Source: Methanoregula sp. (GTDB lineage Archaea > Halobacteriota > Methanomicrobia > Methanomicrobiales > Methanospirillaceae). From it: 41,914 nt of DNA. Position numbers and translations under genes: made by a program. The notes under the pieces are model-generated. The model ran no database searches and was not told the DNA's origin. It saw only the letters and a list, made by a program, of their open reading frames with translations. Position 1 is the first letter of the stretch. Each line of letters opens with the position of its first letter. The stretch is taken from assembly GCA_041305785.1 (NCBI GenBank), contig JBFYKS010000222.1:1-41914 (forward strand), read 5' to 3'. Below are positions 30,677-39,961 of the stretch, in pieces.

Positions 30677-32872
30677 ATGTCCCGCGGCAAAAAATCTATT
30701 GAGCGCGCAACTGAGCTCATGAAGGATCCGAAGCACATTCGGAACATCGGTATTGTAGCACACATCGACCACGGCAAGACAACCCTCTCCGACAACCTGC
30801 TTTCAGGTGCAGGCATCATCTCTGAGGAGCTTGCAGGAAAGCAGCTCTTCATGGACTCAGATCCCGAAGAGCAGGCCCGTGGTATCACCATCGACGCATC
30901 CAACGTCTCGATGGTGCATGAATACGAAGGTCAGGACTTTTTAATCAACATGATCGATACGCCCGGTCACGTTGACTTTGGTGGCGACGTCACCCGTGCC
31001 ATGCGTGCGGTTGACGGTGCGGTAGTTCTTGTCGATGCTGTCGAGGGAACCATGCCCCAGACCGAGACCGTGCTCCGGCAGGCCCTTAAGGAAGGTGTCC
31101 GCCCTGTTCTCTTCATCAACAAGGTCGACCGGCTCGTCAACGAGCTGAAAGTCGACGAGATGGAGATGCAGATCCGTCTCGGAAAAGTGATCGACAAGGT
31201 CAACAAGCTCATCAAGGGGATGAACGAGGAAGCCTACAACAGCGGCTGGAAGCTTGACGCAGGTGCAGGCACCGTTGCCTTCGGTTCAGCACTCTATAAC
31301 TGGGCAGTTTCGGTCCCCTTCATGAAGAAGAGCGGGATCTCCTTCAAGATTGTTTTCGATAAGTGCCGTGCCGGTGATATGAAATATCTGGCAAAGAACA
31401 GTCCGCTCTCGGATGTTCTCCTGGATATTGTGGTCAACAAGCTGCCAAACCCGCTTGAAGCACAGAAGCGCCGTATCCCCGTCATCTGGCATGGCGATAA
31501 GGAGACCAAGGAAGGAAAGGCAATGATTGACTGCGACCCGAATGGTCCGGTTGCCCTGATGGTCACTGATATCTCCTTCGATCCCCATGCGGGGGAAGTC
31601 GCTACCGGGCGTCTCTTCTCAGGCAGCCTCAAGCGCGGCGACACGCTCTATGTTATGGGGTCGTCAATGAAGGAGAACCGCCTTCAGCAGGTCGGTATCT
31701 TCATGGGTCCCAAGCGTGTTGAAGTCGAGGCGATCGTCGGTGGCAACATCGCAGCGGTCACCGGTCTCAAGGACGCAGTTGTCGGTTCAACCGTTACAAA
31801 CCTCCTCGAAATCACCCCGTTCGAATCCCTCAAGCACTATTCAGAACCGGTCATGACCGTTGCTGTCGAGGCAAAGAACATGAAGGACCTGCCCAAGCTC
31901 GTTGAAGTGCTCCGGCAGGTGGCCAAGGAAGACCCGACACTGGTCATCACCATCAACGAAGAGACCGGTGAGCACCTCATCTCCGGTATGGGTGAACTGC
32001 ACCTTGAGATCATCACCGGTCGTATCAAGCGCGACAAGGGCGTCGAGATTGTCACTTCGCCGCCAATCGTCGTATACCGTGAGACGGTCACCGGCAAGGT
32101 AGAAAATGTCGAAGGGAAATCCCCCAACCGCCACAACCGCTTCTACTTCACCCTCGAGCCCTTAGCCGATGAGATCGTCAACCTGATCAAGAAAGGCGAG
32201 GTCTCGATGAACCAGCAGGCAATCGAGCGCCGTGATGTGCTGGTTGCAGCAGGAATGGACAAAGACGATGCCAAGAGCATCAAGATGATCAAGGGCACCT
32301 GCATGCTCATCGACAGGACCAAGGGTATCCAGTACCTCAACGAGACCATGGAACTGATCATCGAGGGTATCCACGAGGCACTTGCGGGCGGCCCACTCGC
32401 TGATGAGCCGGTCCAGAACCTCAAGATGACCCTAACCGATGTCAAGCTCCACGAGGATGCAATTCACCGTGGTCCCGCACAGGTTATTCCCGCAGTCCGC
32501 GGCGCCATCAAGGGCGGCATGCTGATTGCCGGCGACTCGCTCTTAGAGCCTGTCCAGAAGATCCAGATCACGGTCCCGATGGACCAGATGGGTGCAGCAA
32601 CCTCCCAGATCCAGGGGCGGCGCGGCCAGGTCTTCGATATGCAGAGCGAGGGTGACACCATCACGGTTGCCGGCAAGGCACCCGTGGCTGAACTCTTCGG
32701 GTTTGCCGGTGATATCCGGTCCGCAACCGAAGGCCGGGCCATGTGGAACACCGAGTTTGCAGGGTTCGAACTTGTTCCCAACAACATGGTCAAGGAAGTC
32801 GTCGTGGCGATCCGCAAGCGCAAGGGCTTGAAAGAGCAGATGCCGACCCCGAACGACTACCTCGCAGTATAA
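30677..32872 (+). CDS. fusA: Elongation factor EF-2
   Basis: [34 protein letters not shown], diphthamide-site [11 protein letters not shown]. Confidence 0.99.
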   Translation: MSRGKKSIERATELMKDPKHIRNIGIVAHIDHGKTTLSDNLLSGAGIISEELAGKQLFMDSDPEEQARGITIDASNVSMVHEYEGQDFLINMIDTPGHVDFGGDVTRAMRAVDGAVVLVDAVEGTMPQTETVLRQALKEGVRPVLFINKVDRLVNELKVDEMEMQIRLGKVIDKVNKLIKGMNEEAYNSGWKLDAGAGTVAFGSALYNWAVSVPFMKKSGISFKIVFDKCRAGDMKYLAKNSPLSDVLLDIVVNKLPNPLEAQKRRIPVIWHGDKETKEGKAMIDCDPNGPVALMVTDISFDPHAGEVATGRLFSGSLKRGDTLYVMGSSMKENRLQQVGIFMGPKRVEVEAIVGGNIAAVTGLKDAVVGSTVTNLLEITPFESLKHYSEPVMTVAVEAKNMKDLPKLVEVLRQVAKEDPTLVITINEETGEHLISGMGELHLEIITGRIKRDKGVEIVTSPPIVVYRETVTGKVENVEGKSPNRHNRFYFTLEPLADEIVNLIKKGEVSMNQQAIERRDVLVAAGMDKDDAKSIKMIKGTCMLIDRTKGIQYLNETMELIIEGIHEALAGGPLADEPVQNLKMTLTDVKLHEDAIHRGPAQVIPAVRGAIKGGMLIAGDSLLEPVQKIQITVPMDQMGAATSQIQGRRGQVFDMQSEGDTITVAGKAPVAELFGFAGDIRSATEGRAMWNTEFAGFELVPNNMVKEVVVAIRKRKGLKEQMPTPNDYLAV

Positions 32873-32890
32873 GTCCCAATACCCCAGGTC

Positions 32891-32910
32891 CCCTTTTTTA
32901 TACATTTTTC
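32891..32910 (+). terminator. Oligo-T archaeal terminator after EF-2
   Basis: CCCTTTTTTATACATTTTTC about 20 bp after the stop. Confidence 0.55.
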
Positions 32911-33129
32911 GTCGTGATTCATTCAAATCCGGACAAAACGTTAACCCCTCTTTCCCACCAGTAATTGATGGTGTCAGATGGAACCAGACTCCTGTCGTTT
33001 TATAATTATACCTTGTGGTAATGTCCGTGCTGCATCAAGACCCCGGTCCCCATAAAAAAAATTAGGGCAGACTGTGCCATAGGGATAATCCGTATCGCTT
33101 AATACCATGGACGAAAAAAGGTTTCTCCG

Positions 33130-35109
33130 ATGAAACCCCTCGCCCTTGTCATCTGCATAATGCTCCTTGTCCCGGCCGCCGCCGCATCCGACCCGTACGT
33201 CTACGGGGAGCCAGTCCTCATCCCGGCAGGCATAACGCCCGTTCTCAAAAATGCCACCTATCCTGATAGCAGCCTGTCAGACCCGGCCGAGGTGGAGGAA
33301 TTCTTTGACCAGCTGATGCCGGCAAATCTTGCCCGGTACAATATCATCGGAGCTTCGGTTGGTGTAGTTTCTGACGGGAACGTCATCCTTGCCAAGGGGT
33401 ATGGGTACAGCGATATCGCAAACCGGACACCGGTTGACGCAACCACCACCGCATTCAGGATCGGTTCCATCACGAAACTCTTCACCTGGACCCTTGTAAT
33501 GCAGCTCGTGGACGAGGGTAAAATCGACCTTGACGCTGATGTAAACACCTACCTGAAGGATATGAAGATCCCCGATACGTACCCTGGCCAGCCGGTCACG
33601 ATGCGCCACCTGATGACCCACTCGGCCGGGTTCGAGGATGACACCATCCACCAGGAGGTCCTGATGGAGAGCGACCTATCGCCGTTCCGGCAGTATTGTG
33701 CCGAGAACATTCCTGCCCGGGTCAATCCGCCCGGGAAAGTCTCTTCATACTCCAACTACGGGACCACCCTTGCTGCTGTCATAGTCGAGGACATAACCGG
33801 CGTACCCTTCGAACAACAGCTCCAGTCCCGCATCCTTGATCCGCTTGGTATGGCCCGCACGAGCATACTCGAGGACCTTCCCCCCGTGCTTGCCGCGAAC
33901 CTCACGAAGGGATTTGAGTCCGCTGGGTCGAAGAACGTCCCGGTGCGGGACGCGATCATTGTCGTCGCCCCGGCAGCGACGGTCAGTTCGACCGCTCCTG
34001 ACATGACAAGGTTCATGATCGCCCACATGCAGGGGGGGAGGTACGGGAACGCAACGATCCTTTCAGAACCGGCCGCGGATCTGATGCATGCCCGGGCGTT
34101 CGCTAACGATCCCCGCATCTCCGGGATGTGCCTCGGGTTCTACGAGAACACCTACAATGGCGTGCGGACGATCGGTCACGATGGTGACACGACCCTGTTC
34201 CACGCAAAACTCGTCCTCATCCCTGAAAAGCGGACCGGGTTCATCGTTATGTATAATAGTCCCGGCGGCGGCAGTGCACGTAACGAGGTCTTTGAACAAT
34301 TCATGGACCACTATTACCCAATGAACGCCGTTGCGTTGCCGGCATATAGTCCGGCAGATGTTGCACGACTGCAGAAGTATACCGGGACCTACGATACCAA
34401 CCGTCGCAGCTTCACCCGGTTTGAGAAATACCTGCTCCCGACCACCCAGTATGGGGTGACGGTTGCTCCGGACGGTACCCTGATCCTGTCCGGGAAAGCT
34501 CTGATCGATTCGGGTGATGGCAACTTTGTGAAGCCCGATGGAACGCGCCCTGCTACGGGGATTTTCGTCTTCCATACCGGGCCTGATGGCTCTGCCGACT
34601 ATTTCACCATGAGTAACTCCCCATATCTTACGTTCGATCGGGTGCCGTGGTACGAGACCCACGGTTTCCTTGAGAACCTGAAGGCAGCAGCAGGGATCAT
34701 TATTGCCACCGTCCTGATCTGGCCCCTCCTGTACGTATTCAGGCGTACGCACGGGATTACCGTGCCTGCCGCACCAAAACCGGCAGTCGCTGCGCGGTGG
34801 ACCGCGGGAGCTGCAGCGCTTCTCCTGCTACTGTTCGTGCTCGTTATCCTCCCGTCTTTCTCGTCACAGGAGATGGTCGACATCTACCTCCGCGGCACCG
34901 GCCCAGCCCCTGCAGTCATGGTCGCAGGTCTCACCCTGACGGTCATCGCTGCCATGCTCACGCTTATGGTTGTAGTGTTTGCAGTGCTGGCATGGAAGGT
35001 TAAGTTCTGGACGCCCCTGCATCGCGTTCATTACACCGTTATTGCCATTGCTCTCCTCGCGATGTTGTACTGGCTGCATTACTGGAACCTCTGGGTATTC
35101 TGTCTCTGA
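33130..35109 (+). CDS. Serine hydrolase (beta-lactamase class C/PBP-like) with signal peptide and C-terminal TM helices
   Basis: SxxK (GSITK), LMTHSAG, YSNYG, GHDG; four hydrophobic segments at the C-terminus. Confidence 0.9.
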   Translation: MKPLALVICIMLLVPAAAASDPYVYGEPVLIPAGITPVLKNATYPDSSLSDPAEVEEFFDQLMPANLARYNIIGASVGVVSDGNVILAKGYGYSDIANRTPVDATTTAFRIGSITKLFTWTLVMQLVDEGKIDLDADVNTYLKDMKIPDTYPGQPVTMRHLMTHSAGFEDDTIHQEVLMESDLSPFRQYCAENIPARVNPPGKVSSYSNYGTTLAAVIVEDITGVPFEQQLQSRILDPLGMARTSILEDLPPVLAANLTKGFESAGSKNVPVRDAIIVVAPAATVSSTAPDMTRFMIAHMQGGRYGNATILSEPAADLMHARAFANDPRISGMCLGFYENTYNGVRTIGHDGDTTLFHAKLVLIPEKRTGFIVMYNSPGGGSARNEVFEQFMDHYYPMNAVALPAYSPADVARLQKYTGTYDTNRRSFTRFEKYLLPTTQYGVTVAPDGTLILSGKALIDSGDGNFVKPDGTRPATGIFVFHTGPDGSADYFTMSNSPYLTFDRVPWYETHGFLENLKAAAGIIIATVLIWPLLYVFRRTHGITVPAAPKPAVAARWTAGAAALLLLLFVLVILPSFSSQEMVDIYLRGTGPAPAVMVAGLTLTVIAAMLTLMVVVFAVLAWKVKFWTPLHRVHYTVIAIALLAMLYWLHYWNLWVFCL

Positions 35110-35218
35110 CCTCTCCGGCCAGAGCCAGATTTTTCCCGATCAACTCCCAAATAGACTCTCTTTTTTTTTGAGCCTCCGACCACAACAGTGAACAGTCTTT
35201 CCCTCCCATTATTGATCA

Positions 35219-35728
35219 ATGGCAGAGGAGACAAAACTCAAAATTGTCGTTTTTGGTGCATTCGGGGCGGGGAAATCCACCCTCATCACCACGCTTGACC
35301 CCGCGGCGAAGCATATCGAGGCGAACTGCGCCGGGGGAACCACTACGGTTGCCCTGGACTTCGGCCGTATCCAGAATAACGGGTGCAATATCCACATCTA
35401 CGGCACGCCCGGGCAGGAGCGGTTCGAGTTTGCGCGGGAGATTATTGCGAAAGGAATGGACGGTGCTATCCTGCTCGTGGATGTGACCACGCCCATGGAC
35501 GAGTTCACCAGCCATCTCTCCGCTTCCCTCCACGCTGCCAAAGTGCCGTTTGTGGTCTTCCTGAATAAGTGCGACGGAGCCGGCGCAGATCCGGATGCAT
35601 TTTCAGGAAAGTTCGGGACTTCGGAAGTACAGAAGATCTCGGCAAAGGATCCGAAGCAGAGCAGGGATGCCCTGATGCAGTTTGTTGGTACCCTTGCGCC
35701 GCGCCCGAACGGGCACAACCACGGGTAG
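35219..35728 (+). CDS. Small Ras-like GTPase, MglA/ATP_bind_1-like
   Basis: G1 GAFGAGKST, TTTVALDFG, G3 GTPGQERF, G4 NKCD, G5 SAK. Confidence 0.88.
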   Translation: MAEETKLKIVVFGAFGAGKSTLITTLDPAAKHIEANCAGGTTTVALDFGRIQNNGCNIHIYGTPGQERFEFAREIIAKGMDGAILLVDVTTPMDEFTSHLSASLHAAKVPFVVFLNKCDGAGADPDAFSGKFGTSEVQKISAKDPKQSRDALMQFVGTLAPRPNGHNHG

Positions 35729-35963
35729 TTCAACTGCCTGCACCACTTTTTTGTCCGGCCATGCACCAGTCTCCCCCGACCCGGTGAAATGGCAAATGTG
35801 CTGCACAGGTGCCTGATAACCATGAATAAAAATGGAAGGGAACCTCACCCGCGATTTTTTTTCATCAACCGCTCTGTCACGGCATTTTTTTTTAGCCAGG
35901 GTCTGATTGATCGATCCTGTGATCCACGTCGGATAAAACGATTTTTTGTAGGTTATATAGCCT

Positions 35964-35989
35964 GATTGTAGGTTAATTAACCTACAATC
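35964..35989. repeat. Perfect 26-bp palindrome GATTGTAGGTTAATTAACCTACAATC, with a degenerate tandem copy just upstream
   Basis: 13-bp arms are exact reverse complements; TTGTAGGTTA occurs at both 35946 and 35966. Confidence 0.95.
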
Positions 35990-36173
35990 GGCAGGGTAAT
36001 TTACACCGTTTGATCGCGATTGAAAAATTTTTGGCCGCGATCCAATGTCGTACCGGAACCGGAATCGTGATAGTGTTAGATGAGATTCCTGTTATCGGTC
36101 CATTTTTCGTTTGCACCAGTATTCCGTAACCTGAATTATGCGTGCACCAAAGAAGCAATAACCGGAATAATCC

Positions 36174-36458
36174 TTACGCTTCCCGCGGGAAATGCCACTT
36201 AGCCAGGTAATAGATCCCGGCAATGATCATCACGGCGCTGATTGCTGCAATCACATACCCCCCGGCCTCCATGCTGCAGGTCTGCTTCCCGGCAGTTTCG
36301 GCCGCGAGACGTGCACAATTCATCGGGAAATCGATCAACAAAAACCAGATGATATAGCAGTTTGCGAGGATCTCCCCGATGACTGCGAGGGTGGGGATAG
36401 TCATGGACTGGAGTCCCAGGTTCTCTGAATCGGGGGGCATATCGGTGCTCATACTCAC
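36174..36458 (-). CDS. Small two-TM hypothetical membrane protein
   Basis: Two hydrophobic helices around a Cys-containing loop; last co-oriented gene of the minus-strand cluster. Confidence 0.5.
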   Translation of the reverse strand: MSMSTDMPPDSENLGLQSMTIPTLAVIGEILANCYIIWFLLIDFPMNCARLAAETAGKQTCSMEAGGYVIAAISAVMIIAGIYYLAKWHFPREA

Positions 36459-36530
36459 ATGTATACCGGCCTTGGGTAAAAATGGTACTGGAATATATCA
36501 ATTACCTGCAGGTTCAGCCCGGCTGGAGCA

Positions 36531-36968
36531 TCAGAGGATCCGTTCCAGTATATCAGCAGCATCCTGCACATATGCCGGGCATTTTGTTTTAAACAGGTTC
36601 GCCTTTGCGGCGGCATCGTACTCTGCCGGGATGCTCATGTTGTGGCCGAGCAACTCTGTGCAGTTCACCGAACCGTGCTTTTTTTGAAATTCCTGGATAA
36701 ACTGCCGGGTGAGAGCACGCGTCTTCTCGGTCGCAGCCGGATCATCGCTTAGTTCAGCTTTGCCGTATTTGAGACCGATCACCATGATGGCGCCGGAAAC
36801 GGCCCCGCAGATATTGCCGGTCCTTGAGATGCCCGCGCCAAACCCGCAGGCAATCTTCCGGGCGGCCTTTTCATCAAGTCCCAGTTCCACGGCAAAGGTG
36901 GAGAAGACGGAGGCCGCACAGGTTATCCCTTTGGAAAAACTTCCTGCTGCATCATCGGATTTTGTCAT
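36531..36968 (-). CDS. C-GCAxxG-C-C family putative redox protein
   Basis: TCAASV, CGFGAG, ICGAVSGA, GSVNCTEL, TKCPAYV. Confidence 0.88.
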   Translation of the reverse strand: MTKSDDAAGSFSKGITCAASVFSTFAVELGLDEKAARKIACGFGAGISRTGNICGAVSGAIMVIGLKYGKAELSDDPAATEKTRALTRQFIQEFQKKHGSVNCTELLGHNMSIPAEYDAAAKANLFKTKCPAYVQDAADILERIL

Positions 36969-37037
36969 AGTACCCCGTATGTGTTTACTGAATCATAGTA
37001 AAAAAATCCCGCACCCGGTTAACGCCCGGTCACCCGT

Positions 37038-37376
37038 TTACCCGCTCTCCATAACCGCCCGGACAACTCTCTCGATCTCATCGTACTGCACCTCCCCCAT
37101 ACCCCTCTTTTCAATGCCGAGATCGGTTGCGATGATATGGACATCTGCGGAGAGACCGGCAGCGGTGAGTTTTTTTGTTGCACAGCAGTCGGAACACCCA
37201 TCAAGGACAAAGAGCCGGTCTGCATTCATCACATCCGCCCTGAGGGACTCGGCGGACTGTTTGGAGTTCGTGCACAGGAACATTCCGGGCTTTCGCTGCA
37301 TCAGGAGCATCGCCACCTGCGTTGTGAGTTTGCCGGTGTTCGAGATTCCTGAACAGGTGACAAGGACACAGGTCAT
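37038..37376 (-). CDS. DGC-domain putative zinc-binding protein
   Basis: TCSGISNTGKL, LDGCSDCCATK, IATDLGIEK. Confidence 0.85.
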   Translation of the reverse strand: MTCVLVTCSGISNTGKLTTQVAMLLMQRKPGMFLCTNSKQSAESLRADVMNADRLFVLDGCSDCCATKKLTAAGLSADVHIIATDLGIEKRGMGEVQYDEIERVVRAVMESG

Positions 37377-37395
37377 GGTTCCGTTTCCTGGTTAT

Positions 37396-37860
37396 TCAGC
37401 AGGTACCGTTACATCCACAAGAACATCCCGTGTTGTTCCCGCCACCCTTCTTCCCCGTTGACCCGGCATCCTTCTTCCTGCCTTCACCTCTCCAGCACGC
37501 GGAGACGATCTTCTCGACATCGTCCTGCGTATAGTCTTTCGATAGACCTTTGGCGATCCCGAGTTCGGTCATCACCAGATGCTGTCCAGCCGCAACGCCC
37601 TGTGTGCCGGCAATCTTCTTTGCGCAGAGCATCGGGCAGCCATCAAGGATGACAACCTCTTCTGCGTTCATCGCACTCGCGACAAGGCTCTCCGCACCTA
37701 TTGCGAGCAGGGCAACGCAGGCAATGCTCCCGTAACCTTCCTCGGTCAGCTGAAGCGCCGCAAGATTGGTCAGTTGTCCGACATTTGCCTGCCCGGCACA
37801 CGGGAAGATGATCCGTTTCTTCTCGTTCTGTCCACAGGTGCATGTTGGTGTCTCTGTCAT
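37396..37860 (-). CDS. DGC-domain putative zinc-binding protein with Cys-rich termini
   Basis: PCAGQANVGQ, LDGCPMLCAKK; N-terminal CTC, C-terminal GCSCGCNGTC. Confidence 0.87.
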   Translation of the reverse strand: MTETPTCTCGQNEKKRIIFPCAGQANVGQLTNLAALQLTEEGYGSIACVALLAIGAESLVASAMNAEEVVILDGCPMLCAKKIAGTQGVAAGQHLVMTELGIAKGLSKDYTQDDVEKIVSACWRGEGRKKDAGSTGKKGGGNNTGCSCGCNGTC

Positions 37861-37864
37861 TTTT

Positions 37865-38104
37865 TCACTCCGTTACCAGCGACTTGATCTCGTTTACGTC
37901 CGGCACTCTGCCCTCCGTTACGATCTCATCGTTGATGATGAGCGCTGGTGTCATCATCACCCCGCTTGTTGCGATGGCATTAATGTCTTCAACCTTCACG
38001 ACTTCGGCGGCAATGCCGAGGTCTTTCACTGCTGACTGCACATTGTCAAAGAGCCTCTTGCACTTTGCGCAGCCGGTTCCGAGCACTTCAATCTTCATCG
38101 TCAT
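37865..38104 (-). CDS. Small thioredoxin-like redox disulfide protein (MTH895-type)
   Basis: MKIEVLGTGCAKC, KVED, GVMMTPALIIN...GRVP. Confidence 0.92.
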   Translation of the reverse strand: MTMKIEVLGTGCAKCKRLFDNVQSAVKDLGIAAEVVKVEDINAIATSGVMMTPALIINDEIVTEGRVPDVNEIKSLVTE

Positions 38105-38138
38105 ATACAAAATCCACTCGCTTCAGTTCTCATCGCCT

Positions 38139-38399
38139 TCATTCAGGCAGGTTTTTTTTGTACTCTTCCATGATCGCCCGGGCATATGCGTCCGCAACAC
38201 CCGGGGGGATATAGTTTTAGACCCGGATCTTCTTCATCAGCGCTTCGCTGATACGAGAGTCATTTCCCGGGTTCTGTTCCCGCACCGCGGCAATGCTCTC
38301 GTCGAGCATCGTGATCCCGGTCATAGTCCCGTTCACCGGAATTTGTCGGATCCGCCGGAGGGCATCGGCGGCACAGCAGGGGATTTTATCGTTGTTCAT
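38139..38399 (-). pseudogene. Small CC-motif hypothetical protein interrupted by an in-frame TAA at codon 61
   Basis: MNNDKIPCCAADALRRIRQI...KKIRV*NYIPPGVADAYARAIMEEYKKNLPE*; the frame stays open for 25 codons after the TAA at 38217-38219. Confidence 0.7.
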
Positions 38400-38408
38400 T
38401 CCGGTTCC

Positions 38409-39479
38409 TCACATGAAGTTCCCGAAGATAAACCCGGCGATAGTCGAGAACACAATAACCAGCCCGGCGTACACAACCGTCTTCTTCGCCCCGATGATCC
38501 GGTAAATGACCAGCAGGCTGGGCAGGCTGATGGAGGGGCCGGTGAGGAGCAGGGCAAGGGCCGGGCCTTTTGCCATGCTCCCCGAAAGGTACCCAAGGTT
38601 TGTCCCGATGACCGGCACCTCAAGGAGTGTCGGCATGTACAGCACTGCCCCGATGACTGCCGCAAGGAACGTTGCCGGCAGCGAGTTGTCTCCGATGAAC
38701 GGTTTGAACGTCTCCGGGGGCAGGAAATAGGCAAGGACGCCGAGTGCGAACGTGCCGATGATGAGGATGGGGAAGATCTTCTTTGTTAAGTCCCATATTT
38801 CGAGGCCCCACTCTGTCACCTCTTCGCGGGTGAAGTAGTAGATGAGGAGGAACGCAACCCCCATCGAGAGGAAGTACACGATCAGGAGCCGGTAAAAGAC
38901 GTCCAGCGCGGAAGTACCGATGAGCAGGATGGCGACCAGAAAGACAAAGAACGCGGGGACAACCCATTTCGGCCGGGTCTCTTCCTGTGCCATGACTGCC
39001 CGGCGGGCTGCCGCGTGCGTCTTCTTCGTCTCCTCATCCTGCTTTGGGAAGAGGCTCATCATGATGAGCCCGATGACAATCGAGAGGATTACTGCCGACA
39101 CCGCACGGGCGATACCGAGGTCGAACCCCAGTACCTTTGCCGTATACACGATCGCAAGAATGTTGATGGCCGGCCCCGCGTACAGGAAGGTAATCGCCGG
39201 TCCAAGGCCGCTGCCCTTTTTGAGAATGCCGGCAAACATCGGGAGGATCGTGCAGCTGCACACCGCCAGCACGGTCCCGGACACGGATGCGATTCCATAC
39301 GAGACCGTCTTTTTTGTCTCCGGGCTGAAGTACTTCAGGACCGCATCCTTCCGGATGAATGCGGCGATGGCCCCGGCAATGAAGAAGGCCGGGACAAGGC
39401 AGGTGACGACATGCTCCGTAAGGTATGCAAGCAGGGTTGTCCAGCCAAGCAGGAGTGAGCCGATGATGGGGTCAGTCAT
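38409..39479 (-). CDS. ArsP/DUF318-family permease
   Basis: HVVTCLVPAFFIAGAI, LAVCSCTILPMF, FLYAGPAIN, YMPTLLEVP, GPALALLLTGPSISLP. Confidence 0.9.
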   Translation of the reverse strand: MTDPIIGSLLLGWTTLLAYLTEHVVTCLVPAFFIAGAIAAFIRKDAVLKYFSPETKKTVSYGIASVSGTVLAVCSCTILPMFAGILKKGSGLGPAITFLYAGPAINILAIVYTAKVLGFDLGIARAVSAVILSIVIGLIMMSLFPKQDEETKKTHAAARRAVMAQEETRPKWVVPAFFVFLVAILLIGTSALDVFYRLLIVYFLSMGVAFLLIYYFTREEVTEWGLEIWDLTKKIFPILIIGTFALGVLAYFLPPETFKPFIGDNSLPATFLAAVIGAVLYMPTLLEVPVIGTNLGYLSGSMAKGPALALLLTGPSISLPSLLVIYRIIGAKKTVVYAGLVIVFSTIAGFIFGNFM

Positions 39480-39488
39480 AGCAGTGTC

Positions 39489-39884
39489 TCACACGAGCGG
39501 TGGGGAGAAGGTTGCCAGCAGGAGGAGCCCCTGCTCTCCGGCATCAACGCGATGTACCTGTTCGGCGGGCATGATCCCGACAATACCCCTGATATAAGGG
39601 ATTTTGGTCCCTTCAAGAGTACACGTCCCTTCACCCGCGAGTACATCATGGGATTCCACCTGTGCTTCATGCGCATGGTCCCCGATAGAGCATCCGGGTT
39701 CTATTCGCACATGGTGGAGACTCATGCGTCCCCCGGTATCCATTCCCGTCACCAGGTGCCGGAGTGCGACCCCGGCAAACTTCGGGTGCGGGTTCCAGGG
39801 CTGGGATTCAACAGCTATAGCCTGTCCGGGTAGGAAAACAGTGCTGTGCCGGCCAACGGATTGGTTTGTTTCCATGGTATCCAC
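39489..39884 (-). CDS. Cupin-domain protein
   Basis: HAHEAQVESHDVLAGEG and MPAEQVHRV cupin metal motifs; start either 39884 (GTG) or 39875 (ATG). Confidence 0.85.
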   Translation of the reverse strand: MDTMETNQSVGRHSTVFLPGQAIAVESQPWNPHPKFAGVALRHLVTGMDTGGRMSLHHVRIEPGCSIGDHAHEAQVESHDVLAGEGTCTLEGTKIPYIRGIVGIMPAEQVHRVDAGEQGLLLLATFSPPLV

Positions 39885-39885
39885 A

Positions 39886-39961
39886 TCATTTCAAATTTAG
39901 TTGAATTAATGTGAACAGGGCAAGGTTATATATCTTGTCATTTCAGATTATTTTGAAATGA
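39886..39961. promoter_or_regulatory. Divergent promoter with two TCATTTCA-N8-TGAAATGA inverted repeats (putative ArsR operators) around TTATATA
   Basis: Perfect 8-bp arms at 39938-39945/39954-39961 overlapping the arsR ATG; 6/8 copy at 39886-39893/39902-39909; TATA at 39926-39932. Confidence 0.75.

Noticed and set aside
32940-33060. Short ORFs of about 25 codons or fewer between EF-2 and the serine hydrolase
   Set aside because: No recognisable motif or ribosome-binding site; consistent with chance.
35946-35993. Canonical dif (Xer) site or ORB replication origin
   Set aside because: dif sites have 11-bp arms ending TAA/TTA around a 6-bp spacer, whereas this palindrome has no spacer. No ORB-like G-string repeats or cdc6/orc1 gene are nearby. 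A non-canonical role remains open.
38217-38219. Selenocysteine or pyrrolysine recoding of the internal stop
   Set aside because: The codon is TAA, not TGA or TAG, and the position does not look like a Cys-equivalent site.
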